IMG/VR virus record: IMGVR_UViG_3300049215_000686
Coordinates: 64,001 to 128,000 of that record
Length of the DNA stretch: 64,000 nt
From: a virus
Strand: one strand, 5' to 3'
In this document: piece after piece, positions 47,915 through 56,904 of the stretch
Layout of the letters: each line of letters starts with the position of its first letter
Position numbering within the stretch: position 1 is the stretch's first letter
Made by a program: the position numbers and the translations under genes
The notes under the pieces: generated by a model
The model's input: only the letters and a program-made list of their open reading frames with translations
What the model was told of the DNA's origin: nothing
The model's database searches: none

Positions 47915-48907
47915 TTAAGACGTGGAAAATCCGATAGGTGATCCTGAATGGGCCGAATTGGGCTTCACTTTCATCTTCTTAAGACGAGACAAAACATCTG
48001 TCGCCGAATTCCCTTGGCACCAAACTCCGACAATGAGTTCCCTTAAATGGGCGATCGACATCCCTTTAGTCTCGGCAACAAGATCAATTCCATCAGGAGA
48101 GAAAGTCGTCTGGATCTTGGCTTCCAAATACATCCTCCTGGCCTCATCATTCGGAGTATCGATCTTTTCAATTCGATCGAATCGACTTGGGCGATTAGTG
48201 ATTCGAGAATCCAGTTTTTCAGGGTAATTGGTCGTAGCGATGAAAACGATATTATCGATTTGAGATTCGCCGTCTAGGATACTCAACACTTCGGATTCTC
48301 CGAAACGTTCGATCACAGCATCGAGGTCTTCCCAAATCTCAATCATTTCCCGCTGAGGCTCAATGGAACGAACCTGAGACAGAATGTATCCTAAAAGATC
48401 AGGGCTTTCCGCAATAAGAACCAATCCGCCCTTTGAAACCATTTTCTTAACCAAAATGGCTACCGTACAAGTCTTGCCCGAACCGGGAGGTCCCCAAAGC
48501 AAAAATCCTCGCTTATGGCTAAAACCAAATTCTTTAAATTTTCTCTTTAACTCCCAGAACTTTTCGACTTCAGCGATAATCGAATCTGATTTTGTGTCAG
48601 GAAACTGAATCAGCGAATCAGTAATCAAATTAATAGGATCAAGCCATACACCAAGATTGCTTATATGAGGCTTATAGCAACCTGAAGGGAGGCTCTGAAT
48701 GGTCGCTGTGGTGGCCATATATCCTGTGCCGAATAAAGCGTATTGGCACAGTTTCCCAGGCTCGGGCTTCTTTGCTCCTTTTGACTCGTCCGCGACCTCA
48801 TTCGTGAGATCCGCGAGGGGGCTACGGCTTCGTTTCTTTTCGGCAACCTTTTCGGTTCCTACTTTTTCATAAAACTCGTCCAGACTTCCGGTGTCCGGGG
48901 TATCCAT
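47915..48907 (-). CDS. AAA+ ATPase
   Basis: GPPGSGKT, WEDLD, TTNYPEKLD.RI..RPSRFD. Confidence 0.92.
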   Translation of the reverse strand: MDTPDTGSLDEFYEKVGTEKVAEKKRSRSPLADLTNEVADESKGAKKPEPGKLCQYALFGTGYMATTATIQSLPSGCYKPHISNLGVWLDPINLITDSLIQFPDTKSDSIIAEVEKFWELKRKFKEFGFSHKRGFLLWGPPGSGKTCTVAILVKKMVSKGGLVLIAESPDLLGYILSQVRSIEPQREMIEIWEDLDAVIERFGESEVLSILDGESQIDNIVFIATTNYPEKLDSRITNRPSRFDRIEKIDTPNDEARRMYLEAKIQTTFSPDGIDLVAETKGMSIAHLRELIVGVWCQGNSATDVLSRLKKMKVKPNSAHSGSPIGFSTS

Positions 48908-48936
48908 CGAATGCTCCTATCCTTGGAGTAAGTGTT

Positions 48937-49432
48937 TTACCGCTTCGGAGGCTTTCTTGATTTCTTGCTTACTGCTTTTGAATTGGTTCCAAGAGCCCTT
49001 CTCACCGCCCGCCCCATTTCCGCTGGAGCAGATTCGAAAAGAGGCTGAGGATCCCGGACATCCTGTCCAATTCCACCTAGTCCGATCGCGGCAGCCAAAT
49101 CTGTAAGATTTAAGTGTGGATCAAAAATCCTTTGACCACAATAAATAAAATTTTCCTGAAGTTCGTGGAGTTCCGCTGCCTCGATTGCCTTATAAGCCGT
49201 CCGGATGATCTCGCTTTCGCATGCGTGAGAGGAGAGATACCACTTCCGGCATTTTTGCAATTTCACTTCTCCCGTCATCCGATCTTTCAGTTGAAAGGTC
49301 ACCTGAAGAAGAAAACCCGTCGCCCTTCGAATGGATCTGAAATCGCCAGTCTTTGTAGTTGATCTTGGAAACGATTAATGAAATCCACCGTTTCATAGAA
49401 GCGCTGCCATCGAGGTGACGAAGGTGAGTCAT
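48937..49432 (-). pseudogene. phage hypothetical gene split by a +1 frameshift at 49312-49315
   Basis: ...KGDGF | LLQVTFQLKD...QKCRKWYLS joins if one T of GGGTTTT is skipped. Confidence 0.6.
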
Positions 49433-49449
49433 GCGGTTCCTCCGCCAAA

Positions 49450-49692
49450 TCAGGGATTATCTTTCATTGCCTCATGAAGAGCGTCTGTGAACTTTTTCTC
49501 TTGCTTAGGCGATATCCGAGACTTTACCGCTTCGGTCGCCATTTTCACTGAACTCAAAAGACTATCGAGTTGATCATGCGTTGCCTGCTCGGCTTGCTGC
49601 TCTTCTCTCCGTTGTTGATTAAGCATCAGCGCATACAAGCCAACGCCCATTACAAATAAACCCACCACCAAAAGAACTGTCCCGGTACCCAT
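49450..49692 (-). CDS. small membrane protein
   Basis: TM segment, SD GGAGG, GGTATAAT promoter upstream. Confidence 0.65.
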   Translation of the reverse strand: MGTGTVLLVVGLFVMGVGLYALMLNQQRREEQQAEQATHDQLDSLLSSVKMATEAVKSRISPKQEKKFTDALHEAMKDNP

Positions 49693-49726
49693 CGATTGAA
49701 TCCTCCAACGTTATTATACCGTTTTC

Positions 49727-50710
49727 CTATTTCAGAAGTTTTGCACGTTTTCGCGGCAAATAATTCAGCCGAATAAAGGGTTGATATCGAGCATAATCAA
49801 GCCCAATTTGAGCCAAAAGATCTCTAAATTGTGAAACCCCTCGGTCCTTCTGAGCCATTCCCTTGATGTCTTCAAGAGAGCAGATTTTGAGCGGAATCAT
49901 TTTCCCTCGCCGAGATATCTTTTCAATATGACGAAGGTACTTATCCACAAATTCCAAATGGCACTCGATCTCTTCAAAATTGCGCTTGGTGTCAAAAAAC
50001 CTAAACTCCAAAGTTTCCGGTTTTTTAATACGTTCGTATGACTGCTTGTCGCTTACTTTGATTGCATAACCTTTTGTGATATCGAAAACGTCGAGGATAT
50101 CCGAAGTTTTGAAATCACGAGGAACTTTGGGATTTTTGTCAAAAATAAGGCGTTCGAATGTGGGCGAAGTCGCTAAATCAAATCCGTGAGCGCCGTAGAG
50201 CGTTCGTTTTACTTTCCATTCCACCAAACTTCTCGCCGATTGGATGTTTCCATAATCATTGAAAACCCAATTCAAATAAGGTCGGTTGGTAATGTCCCGA
50301 AAAACATTGATTAAAAATACCAAAAGAAGCGTGCGATCTTTCTTGATAGAGGACGGGATCGCTACATGAATATGGCCTCCGCCTGAAACCGTATCAGAAC
50401 GATGGGTAACAAGCGGCTTTCCCGTAAATAAAGAAAGCCTCGAAATTTCCGGCATCAATCGGGAATAATAAGCCTTAACTTCCCCGAGATTCGAAAACGG
50501 CGGTGTAGCGACTTCCAAAGCACTCGCGTCGTTGTAAATCCGATAAAAAGGGATCCCTCGATCCCGAAAAAACCCCTTCAGCAAATTGCTATAGCCGTAA
50601 GCATAAGTGTCTTCATTTCTTTTGGTCCAATGAAGCCAGGTCAACTCCATTCCCATCTTGGAATAAAAAGGCTGAGTTTCGATCATTTCAACTCCAAACT
50701 TCGTGAACAA
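49727..50710 (-). CDS. amidoligase / carboxylate-amine ligase-like protein
   Basis: GMEL, D.SALEVATP, GGGHIHV, TLEFRFF. Confidence 0.7.
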   Translation of the reverse strand: MFTKFGVEMIETQPFYSKMGMELTWLHWTKRNEDTYAYGYSNLLKGFFRDRGIPFYRIYNDASALEVATPPFSNLGEVKAYYSRLMPEISRLSLFTGKPLVTHRSDTVSGGGHIHVAIPSSIKKDRTLLLVFLINVFRDITNRPYLNWVFNDYGNIQSARSLVEWKVKRTLYGAHGFDLATSPTFERLIFDKNPKVPRDFKTSDILDVFDITKGYAIKVSDKQSYERIKKPETLEFRFFDTKRNFEEIECHLEFVDKYLRHIEKISRRGKMIPLKICSLEDIKGMAQKDRGVSQFRDLLAQIGLDYARYQPFIRLNYLPRKRAKLLK

Positions 50711-50940
50711 TCAGCGCGCCAATTCGGCAAATTCTTCTCGCGAACGTACTTTAAACGACGGTACTCTTTCTCGAAAATTTCCTTTCGTCTGGCTTCAAGT
50801 TTCCCCATGAATTGCTCATAACAGGGGGACCGATGGAAGATCAGCATCGTCTTCTCGTCCGGATAGAAACGCTCTAATAGATGCATTCCCACGGTCAATC
50901 GCCTTCCACATTGGCAACACGTTTCTTTTTTTTGGATCAT
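50683..50940 (-). CDS. hypothetical protein
   Basis: ORF track. Confidence 0.4.
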   Translation of the reverse strand: MIQKKETCCQCGRRLTVGMHLLERFYPDEKTMLIFHRSPCYEQFMGKLEARRKEIFEKEYRRLKYVREKNLPNWRADCSRSLELK

Positions 50941-51145
50941 ATTGCAAATTGAAACGGATCATTTCAGAATGGTCAAGAGATAAAAAACGAAAAGGTATTA
51001 TTCCGGTATACGCAGCGGAACCAAAAATCTGATCCACCGAAGGACAGATTGATCTGCCGCGTTCAGTTTTCCCAGGAGGAGACATGGTCGAATGGCAGTG
51101 GTGGGTCTTTATTTTTCTCGTCTCAATTATCGGGACTCTTTCCAT
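50816..51145 (-). CDS. hypothetical protein
   Basis: ORF track. Confidence 0.4.
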   Translation of the reverse strand: MERVPIIETRKIKTHHCHSTMSPPGKTERGRSICPSVDQIFGSAAYTGIIPFRFLSLDHSEMIRFNLQYDPKKRNVLPMWKAIDRGNASIRAFLSGREDDADLPSVPLL

Positions 51146-51357
51146 CTACGTAAATCTTCCCTGGGACATGACCGCAATGATCGGCCTGAGTCTCCTTTTC
51201 CTTTACTGGTTTGGGTTCTCCTGCTTCTTGGCCGCTCGCATCATTTTCGGGCACTAAGATATTTTTAAACAAACGCAACCGCAGCAAGTTAACAATTTGA
51301 CATCAAGCGTCTTAACTTTAAGCGAGGCGTTCAATGCACCGAGTCTTAATAATCTTT

Positions 51358-51386
51358 TTGACAGTCCACCAAAACGACTTCACGAT
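51358..51386 (+). promoter_or_regulatory. sigma70-type promoter
   Basis: TTGACA-17 nt-CACGAT. Confidence 0.6.
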
Positions 51387-51392
51387 GGAGGA

Positions 51393-51780
51393 CGTAGAAT
51401 TTTGAAGTTGGAGTTTTGACGGACCTTTCTTCTCAAAAAAGGCCGAAAGTTGGCGAATGCGCCAAGCGAAAGTCCCTGGCATGGGAAGCCGGGAGACCGG
51501 ACAAGGAAGTAGGAATTACCGGTTTCGCGAAAAACCAGTTCAGGCAGAAAAATTCGTTCTTGTAAATGTAGGTCCGAGGCCGTGGAAAAGCCAATGCTTC
51601 TTCCACCAAAGGGAGCGGTAGTTAGCGGTGACACAGTGACGCTTGGTAGCGGACGGGTAGGGCAAGAAAGGGTTTTTGGGTCAAAAGCAAAGATCGCGGC
51701 ATAGTCGAGAACGCAATGTGACTGACTATGTCTAGTCGAATCTTCTACTAAGAGAAAGACCCTATGTGTTCTTTTTTTTA
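51393..51780 (+). ncRNA. candidate structured ncRNA / origin-associated RNA
   Basis: No credible ORF; many hairpins; promoter before it and T8 run after it. Confidence 0.4.
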
Positions 51781-51871
51781 GTTGGGGATTCGAAGATCAA
51801 GCCAAGGCCAACTACGCAAGAAAAATGGAAAACCACTACAAAAGAGTAGGTAGGTAAAAGAGAGGTTCGCC

Positions 51872-52555
51872 TTGAGAGCAAAGAGGACAGGGATTGTCGG
51901 ATTTAAGAAGTTCAGGAAAATAAAAATTGTCGGAGAATGGGAATATTTGGCCGGCGGAATCGATGCGGCGCTCGATGAGCATGGTTATTACCGCCTAAAG
52001 AATAAAACCCTTCTGCATCGAGAAGTTTATAAACAAGCCTACGGAACAATCCCGGCAGGCTGGGTCGTTCATCATATTGATTTTGACAAAAAGAACAATG
52101 ACCCGATAAATTTGATTGCTCTTCCAGACTGGTTTCATGACCAAATCCACGGAAATATGAAAGCCCAAGGCCGTAAATTTGATCGAGTGGAAATCATTCG
52201 TCTTTTAAAAGCAGAAGTTAAAGTTCATACCGATGATTTTTGCGCAATGCTTCACGAAAAATCTGAATTGGAAAGGCTTTTTGGAGAAAAGATCAGACGA
52301 TATCTCTCTTTGGAAAATAATATTAAAAAACTGATCAGTCCACGGATTTCAATTATTGAGGGGATTAATCACATAAGCGTTCTTGATCAGCCACCTAAGC
52401 CTTATTCGTTAGAGGTTAAGCCAAAAAAGAAAAGCAAACGAGCAACTGATTCTTTTCTGGAGGAAGCCAGAATAAGAGATGTTTGCGAAGCCATGGCGAA
52501 GATCGAAGCGGTTAAGGTGAAAGTCATTTTGAGAAAAAAAAGCACTTCTGTATAA
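51872..52555 (+). CDS. HNH endonuclease
   Basis: LHREVY....G.IP.G.VVHHID.DK.NN...NL. Confidence 0.85.
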   Translation: MRAKRTGIVGFKKFRKIKIVGEWEYLAGGIDAALDEHGYYRLKNKTLLHREVYKQAYGTIPAGWVVHHIDFDKKNNDPINLIALPDWFHDQIHGNMKAQGRKFDRVEIIRLLKAEVKVHTDDFCAMLHEKSELERLFGEKIRRYLSLENNIKKLISPRISIIEGINHISVLDQPPKPYSLEVKPKKKSKRATDSFLEEARIRDVCEAMAKIEAVKVKVILRKKSTSV

Positions 52556-52620
52556 TTAAAGGGCTTGCTTTTATTTGAAGTCACGGCTTCAATCTTTAAA
52601 TCAAACAGAAAGGAGTAGTC

Positions 52621-52713
52621 ATGGCCATCAAGAAGAAGGCTGCGACGACTGCGAAAACTTCTGCAAAGAAGACCGCATCTAGCGCCAAAAAGAAAACCCA
52701 GAAAACTCAGTAA
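52621..52713 (+). CDS. histone-H1-like basic micropeptide MAIKKKAATTAKTSAKKTASSAKKKTQKTQ
   Basis: SD AGGAG; K/A/T/S-rich; below the ORF-track cutoff. Confidence 0.7.
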   Translation: MAIKKKAATTAKTSAKKTASSAKKKTQKTQ

Positions 52714-52742
52714 AAGTCTTAGAAACCAAGGAAGGAATTACA

Positions 52743-53426
52743 ATGAACTTACCTCAAAACGCAAATCCACATCTGGTTGATAGGGATTTTACGGTCATTA
52801 TCGATCGCAGTGGCAGTATGGCCGATCCGGCTCTTGCCGGTAAGGCTCGAACCCGCTGGGAAGCATCTGAAGAGGCGACCATCGCGTTGGCTCGCGAATG
52901 CAATAAGTATGATCCGGATGGAATCACGGTTTATACTTTTGGATCAAATTTCCATCGTTTCGACAATACCACTGAAAGCAAAGTCGGCGAAATCTTCCGT
53001 CAGGTACGGCCCAATGGCAGCACTCGATTGGCAGAAGTCCTTGAAGATGCATTCTTTGGAGCCAATGGCTACATCGCGCGTAAAAAGCGCGGTCAGGCCA
53101 AGAAAAACGGCGAACTGTTCTGTGTGGTGACTGATGGTCAACCCGATGACCAGCAAGCCGTGGCCGATGTGATCATTCGTGCGAGTCACGAACTCACCGA
53201 CCCGAATGAGGTGAACATCACTTTCATTCAGGTAGGGGATGATCGCAAAGCCAAGGAGTTTCTCGTTAACTTGGATGACAAGTTGGAGGCTCCCGAAGGT
53301 CAGCAAGGCAATAGCCGTTATGCGAAGTACGACATCGTGGATACTTTGACCATCGATCAACTCGGCGGCAAAGATCTCACCGAAGTTCTCGTCGCAGCGG
53401 TGACTGAACATAAGCAATCGGTCTGA
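52743..53426 (+). CDS. vWA-domain protein
   Basis: IIDRSGSM, GST, VTDGQP, FIQVG, LDD. Confidence 0.88.
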   Translation: MNLPQNANPHLVDRDFTVIIDRSGSMADPALAGKARTRWEASEEATIALARECNKYDPDGITVYTFGSNFHRFDNTTESKVGEIFRQVRPNGSTRLAEVLEDAFFGANGYIARKKRGQAKKNGELFCVVTDGQPDDQQAVADVIIRASHELTDPNEVNITFIQVGDDRKAKEFLVNLDDKLEAPEGQQGNSRYAKYDIVDTLTIDQLGGKDLTEVLVAAVTEHKQSV

Positions 53427-53433
53427 GTCAGAA

Positions 53434-53547
53434 ATGATTCTCATGATTGTTGGATTCGGATTGGGACTTGCGACGCGGCATTATTCACAAGCCTTGGTTG
53501 AAAAACTCAAGGATGTGGAAGCCAAAATCAGCAACATCCTAAAGTAA
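53434..53547 (+). CDS. small membrane peptide
   Basis: MILMIVGFGLGLATRHYSQALVEKLKDVEAKISNILK. Confidence 0.5.
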   Translation: MILMIVGFGLGLATRHYSQALVEKLKDVEAKISNILK

Positions 53548-53567
53548 GTTGAGCTTCCCCCGGAAAG

Positions 53568-54314
53568 TTGAAGCGTTTTGGATTTAAGTCTCCCTGTGTC
53601 ACAATAGTGGGCCTAAAGCCCACTGGCAAGGGTCCATTTCCTGCGGTGCTATACAATCATGGTAGTGCGCCTGGGATGTTGAATAGTCAGGCCGCTGAAT
53701 TGCTGGGACCTTTGTACGTAAGCCGTGGTTGGGTGTTCTTCATGCCCTATCGTCGTGGGCAAGGTTTGAGTCAATCGGCAGGTCCGTACATTATGGACGA
53801 GATCGCCGCTGCCGAGAGAGCAGGTGGGGTTAAAGCGGCTGCGGAAACGATGACTCGCTTACTTACGACGGATCATTTGAACGACCAACTCGCCGCGCTT
53901 GCTTGGCTTAGAAATGCAGACTTTGTGCAAACTAAGCGTATAGCGGTGTCGGGGAACTCCTTTGGAGGCATTGAGACGGTTCTTGGCGCTGAGAAAGGAA
54001 CCTATTGCGCGGCCGTAGATGCGTCGGGAGCTGCTCAAAGTTGGGCAACTTCACCCGCGATTCAAGCCATCATGACAGAGTCTGTACGACGTTCTCGGGC
54101 TCCGATTTTCTTCTTCCAGGCTGAGAACGATTTTGACCTATCGCCAAGTAAGGTGCTGTCTGCCGCTATGAAAAATGCTGGCAAGGTGTCGCAGGTCAAG
54201 TTCTACCCGCCGTTCGGTAAATCGCCGAAAGATGGCCATACCTTCGCTTACCAGGGAAGTTCTGTATGGGCGGATGATGTGTTCGCATTTTTGCAACAAT
54301 ACTGCGGAAAATAA
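53568..54314 (+). pseudogene. dienelactone-hydrolase-type alpha/beta hydrolase, 5'-truncated
   Basis: KP.GKGPFPAVLYNHG, GNSFGG, END, DGH; normal N-terminus missing; TTG start without SD. Confidence 0.75.
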
Positions 54315-54410
54315 ACCCACAAACGACAGCTTGACGTGGCTCGTTGCGTCGCGCTCGCTGGATTAGTGTGTACTTGTGGTGGATATTAGTTATACTTACT
54401 TTTAATAAGT

Positions 54411-54605
54411 ATGGCATCCATTGAGCGAGAAATCATTGAGGAGCTTCAGAAGCCGCAAGACAGGAAGGAACGCTTTAATTTCACTCTCTCGAAAAGTACC
54501 AAAGAAGGTTTGGCTGCTTGGTGCAAGGAGCATGGATTTAAGGAATCGACTGCGTTGGACATCCTCATTCGAAAAGTGATTCCCGAAAAGTTCTTCAAGC
54601 GGTAA
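54411..54605 (+). CDS. ribbon-helix-helix-like regulator
   Basis: RFNFTLS...L..WC..HG.KES.ALD.LI. Confidence 0.65.
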   Translation: MASIEREIIEELQKPQDRKERFNFTLSKSTKEGLAAWCKEHGFKESTALDILIRKVIPEKFFKR

Positions 54606-54614
54606 TCAGGAGGA

Positions 54615-55304
54615 GTGGAATTGTTCAGGAAAGAACATGAGTTAGTTAGTGCGTTCTCCTCAAAGTCAGATGCCTTTCTGAAGGCATTACTGAACAAGTC
54701 CGTTTCTCGCTCATTCTTGCTTCACGAGTTCGACAGTTACTTTGGAGTAGCTGATGTCGTTTTGGGCGTCATCAAAGCAAGCGTTGCAAGACAGACGGCA
54801 AGGAAGCCGCTCAATCCAAATTGGCTTGTTCCCCTTGCCGCGATGAAGCGTGGGACAAAGGTCAGTGTTAGCGACTTTCAAAAGACATACAGTCTGTCGA
54901 AGTCAGGTGCGACAAAGCGCCTGACTGAGTACGAGGATGCAGGTTTTTTAGTTAAGCTTGAGGCGCAGACGTATAAGGTCGCCAAAGAGTACAAGCCGGT
55001 TGCTGACTTTGTGGTCTCCATAGAGGCAAAATTAAGGAACTGGCAAAAGGCGCTAGTACAGGCCCAACGTTATAGGAGATTTTCAGACTACTCTTTCGTG
55101 CTTCTCGACGGAGCCCAGGCTGCTTCGGCAATCGAGAACCTGAGTTCATTTGAAGAGAGGAACATCGGTCTGGTCTCACTGAGTGCCGACAAGCTTAATT
55201 TTCATTTCATTCCGGAAAAGAATGAGAGGAAAATCTCCGAGTACTATCTGCGCGTAAATGAGGTCGCTTACGACCAGTTCATTTCTGCGCAGACATCTTG
55301 CTAA
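54615..55304 (+). CDS. winged-helix + PD-(D/E)xK nuclease-like protein
   Basis: EF..GVADVV; IEAKLRNWQKALVQAQRY. Confidence 0.65.
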   Translation: MELFRKEHELVSAFSSKSDAFLKALLNKSVSRSFLLHEFDSYFGVADVVLGVIKASVARQTARKPLNPNWLVPLAAMKRGTKVSVSDFQKTYSLSKSGATKRLTEYEDAGFLVKLEAQTYKVAKEYKPVADFVVSIEAKLRNWQKALVQAQRYRRFSDYSFVLLDGAQAASAIENLSSFEERNIGLVSLSADKLNFHFIPEKNERKISEYYLRVNEVAYDQFISAQTSC

Positions 55305-56448
55305 CGACTCGGTTCCAGACGGGAAGATGATCTCCGCTACAGTTCCGGTCAAAGTACATGACGCCGGTTTCCTCAACACGGCGATATAAGCTATTGGCTT
55401 GAGTGATCATGTCTTTAACCGCTGCCGTTCGCGCTGCAATTTGCTTACTGCCAAGGTCTCGAAGTTGGTCACAGATTAGAAGGAAGTGATGTTTGTACAG
55501 CTCGGGTTTCGTAAAATGGGGACGGCCAGTATCGAAAATAGCATCTGAGTGTAAGGTCGGAATGTAGATTTCCTTCCATACTTCGGGGTGATCTTCCTTC
55601 AACTCAACAGCTGTATCGTATCTCATCCAATTGAGCAGCTTCGGGAAGTAAAGACGTGGCGCAGGGCCACGCTTGTCACTTTCTTCTTCCAGAAACTTAT
55701 CAATCGAAAAACCTCTAGTGTTTTCATACGCCCCAACCGCTACGGCATGAGGGTCGAGCAAAGACATGATTATCGACTCAGTATTGCAGTAGCCTATGAT
55801 TACTTTCAAATTCGCGCCCTGTAGGTCGCGTATAAAGTCTACATGAGCTTGGAGTTTTTCAAAGTTTCCGAGCTGCTTCGTGTTCTCCCGAAACTCATTG
55901 AGCAGGTAGACGCCCTGGATTTCCGGGTATGACGTAATCCAATTCAAGAGTTCATTTCGGTAGCCTTTGTCTTGCGTCATCGCAGTAGTGACTGGAAGCG
56001 AGAGGAAGACTTTCTTGTCCGTTTTTCTCTTTTGGAGTTCTGCAAGGAACGGCTCTACCGTAAACGCTTTCTGCTTCGCAACGTAGTCAGATACGAGTTC
56101 CGGAAAATAACGAGCGGGAACGATGATTGATTCGAAGTCGTTCTCGATCTGAAAATCCAGACACATCGCGGCCGACTGATGGGCGACTGCTTCAAAATCA
56201 GTTGTAGAAAATCCGTTTGTAATCTTTTCCGGAAAGAACTCGTAACTATGAAGCTTACTCTTTTGAGAGTCGGGGATATAAAATTGAGGATCGAACAAGC
56301 TGGCTTTGCGCACTTCAGGAAGCAGCTTGACCATTCTTTCTTTTGAATAGTGAACAGGGCTAAAAATGATCCCATCTGCGCAACTTTCGGATTGAAAGCT
56401 TTCCAAATTCCAACTCGTGTTGTGCCCCGCCTGATGAAAGACTTTCAT
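55279..56448 (-). CDS. uncharacterised TIM-barrel-like protein downstream of a kinase
   Basis: HQAGHN, GIIFSP, FDPQFY, LYKHH motifs; coupled to the kinase stop. Confidence 0.65.
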   Translation of the reverse strand: MKVFHQAGHNTSWNLESFQSESCADGIIFSPVHYSKERMVKLLPEVRKASLFDPQFYIPDSQKSKLHSYEFFPEKITNGFSTTDFEAVAHQSAAMCLDFQIENDFESIIVPARYFPELVSDYVAKQKAFTVEPFLAELQKRKTDKKVFLSLPVTTAMTQDKGYRNELLNWITSYPEIQGVYLLNEFRENTKQLGNFEKLQAHVDFIRDLQGANLKVIIGYCNTESIIMSLLDPHAVAVGAYENTRGFSIDKFLEEESDKRGPAPRLYFPKLLNWMRYDTAVELKEDHPEVWKEIYIPTLHSDAIFDTGRPHFTKPELYKHHFLLICDQLRDLGSKQIAARTAAVKDMITQANSLYRRVEETGVMYFDRNCSGDHLPVWNRVVSKMSAQK

Positions 56449-56900
56449 AGCTTCTCCTTAATGCCGTTGAGTTCCGCCAGGATCTCATCGACTGTTCGAA
56501 ATCTTTGGTAGGGATGGACTTTGATAAGCTTTTCAATCAGTTTTACAGTCCCATCGCTTACGTCTTTATTGTAGGTTCGTAGACTCTCAACCTTGCCAGA
56601 CAGGCAATTCTGAACAACGCCTTCCACGCCGATTTCGGCATCACTACCGTAGGGGAATTTTCCAGTGAGAACGAGGAAGGTGATTACACCGATCGCAAAC
56701 TGGTCAGTCTTGTAGGTTACCTCGGCCTTGTTATTCGTGAGTTGCTCAGGGGCGGCGAAGCGCGGCGTACATGGTGAAGGAAAAGCCGGATTTGTAATGA
56801 TCGTAGCGCCGTCGCTCATGCTCTTGGCGATTCCCAGATCAATGATGACGGGGGTGAGATGGGGGCGAACGAGTATGTTCTCGGGTTTTAAGTCCCGGTG
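56445..56900 (-). pseudogene. Ser/Thr protein kinase, C-lobe only (5'-truncated)
   Basis: HRDLKPENIL, IDLGIA, APEQ, D.FAIG; N-lobe absent. Confidence 0.85.
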
Positions 56901-56904
56901 GGGC

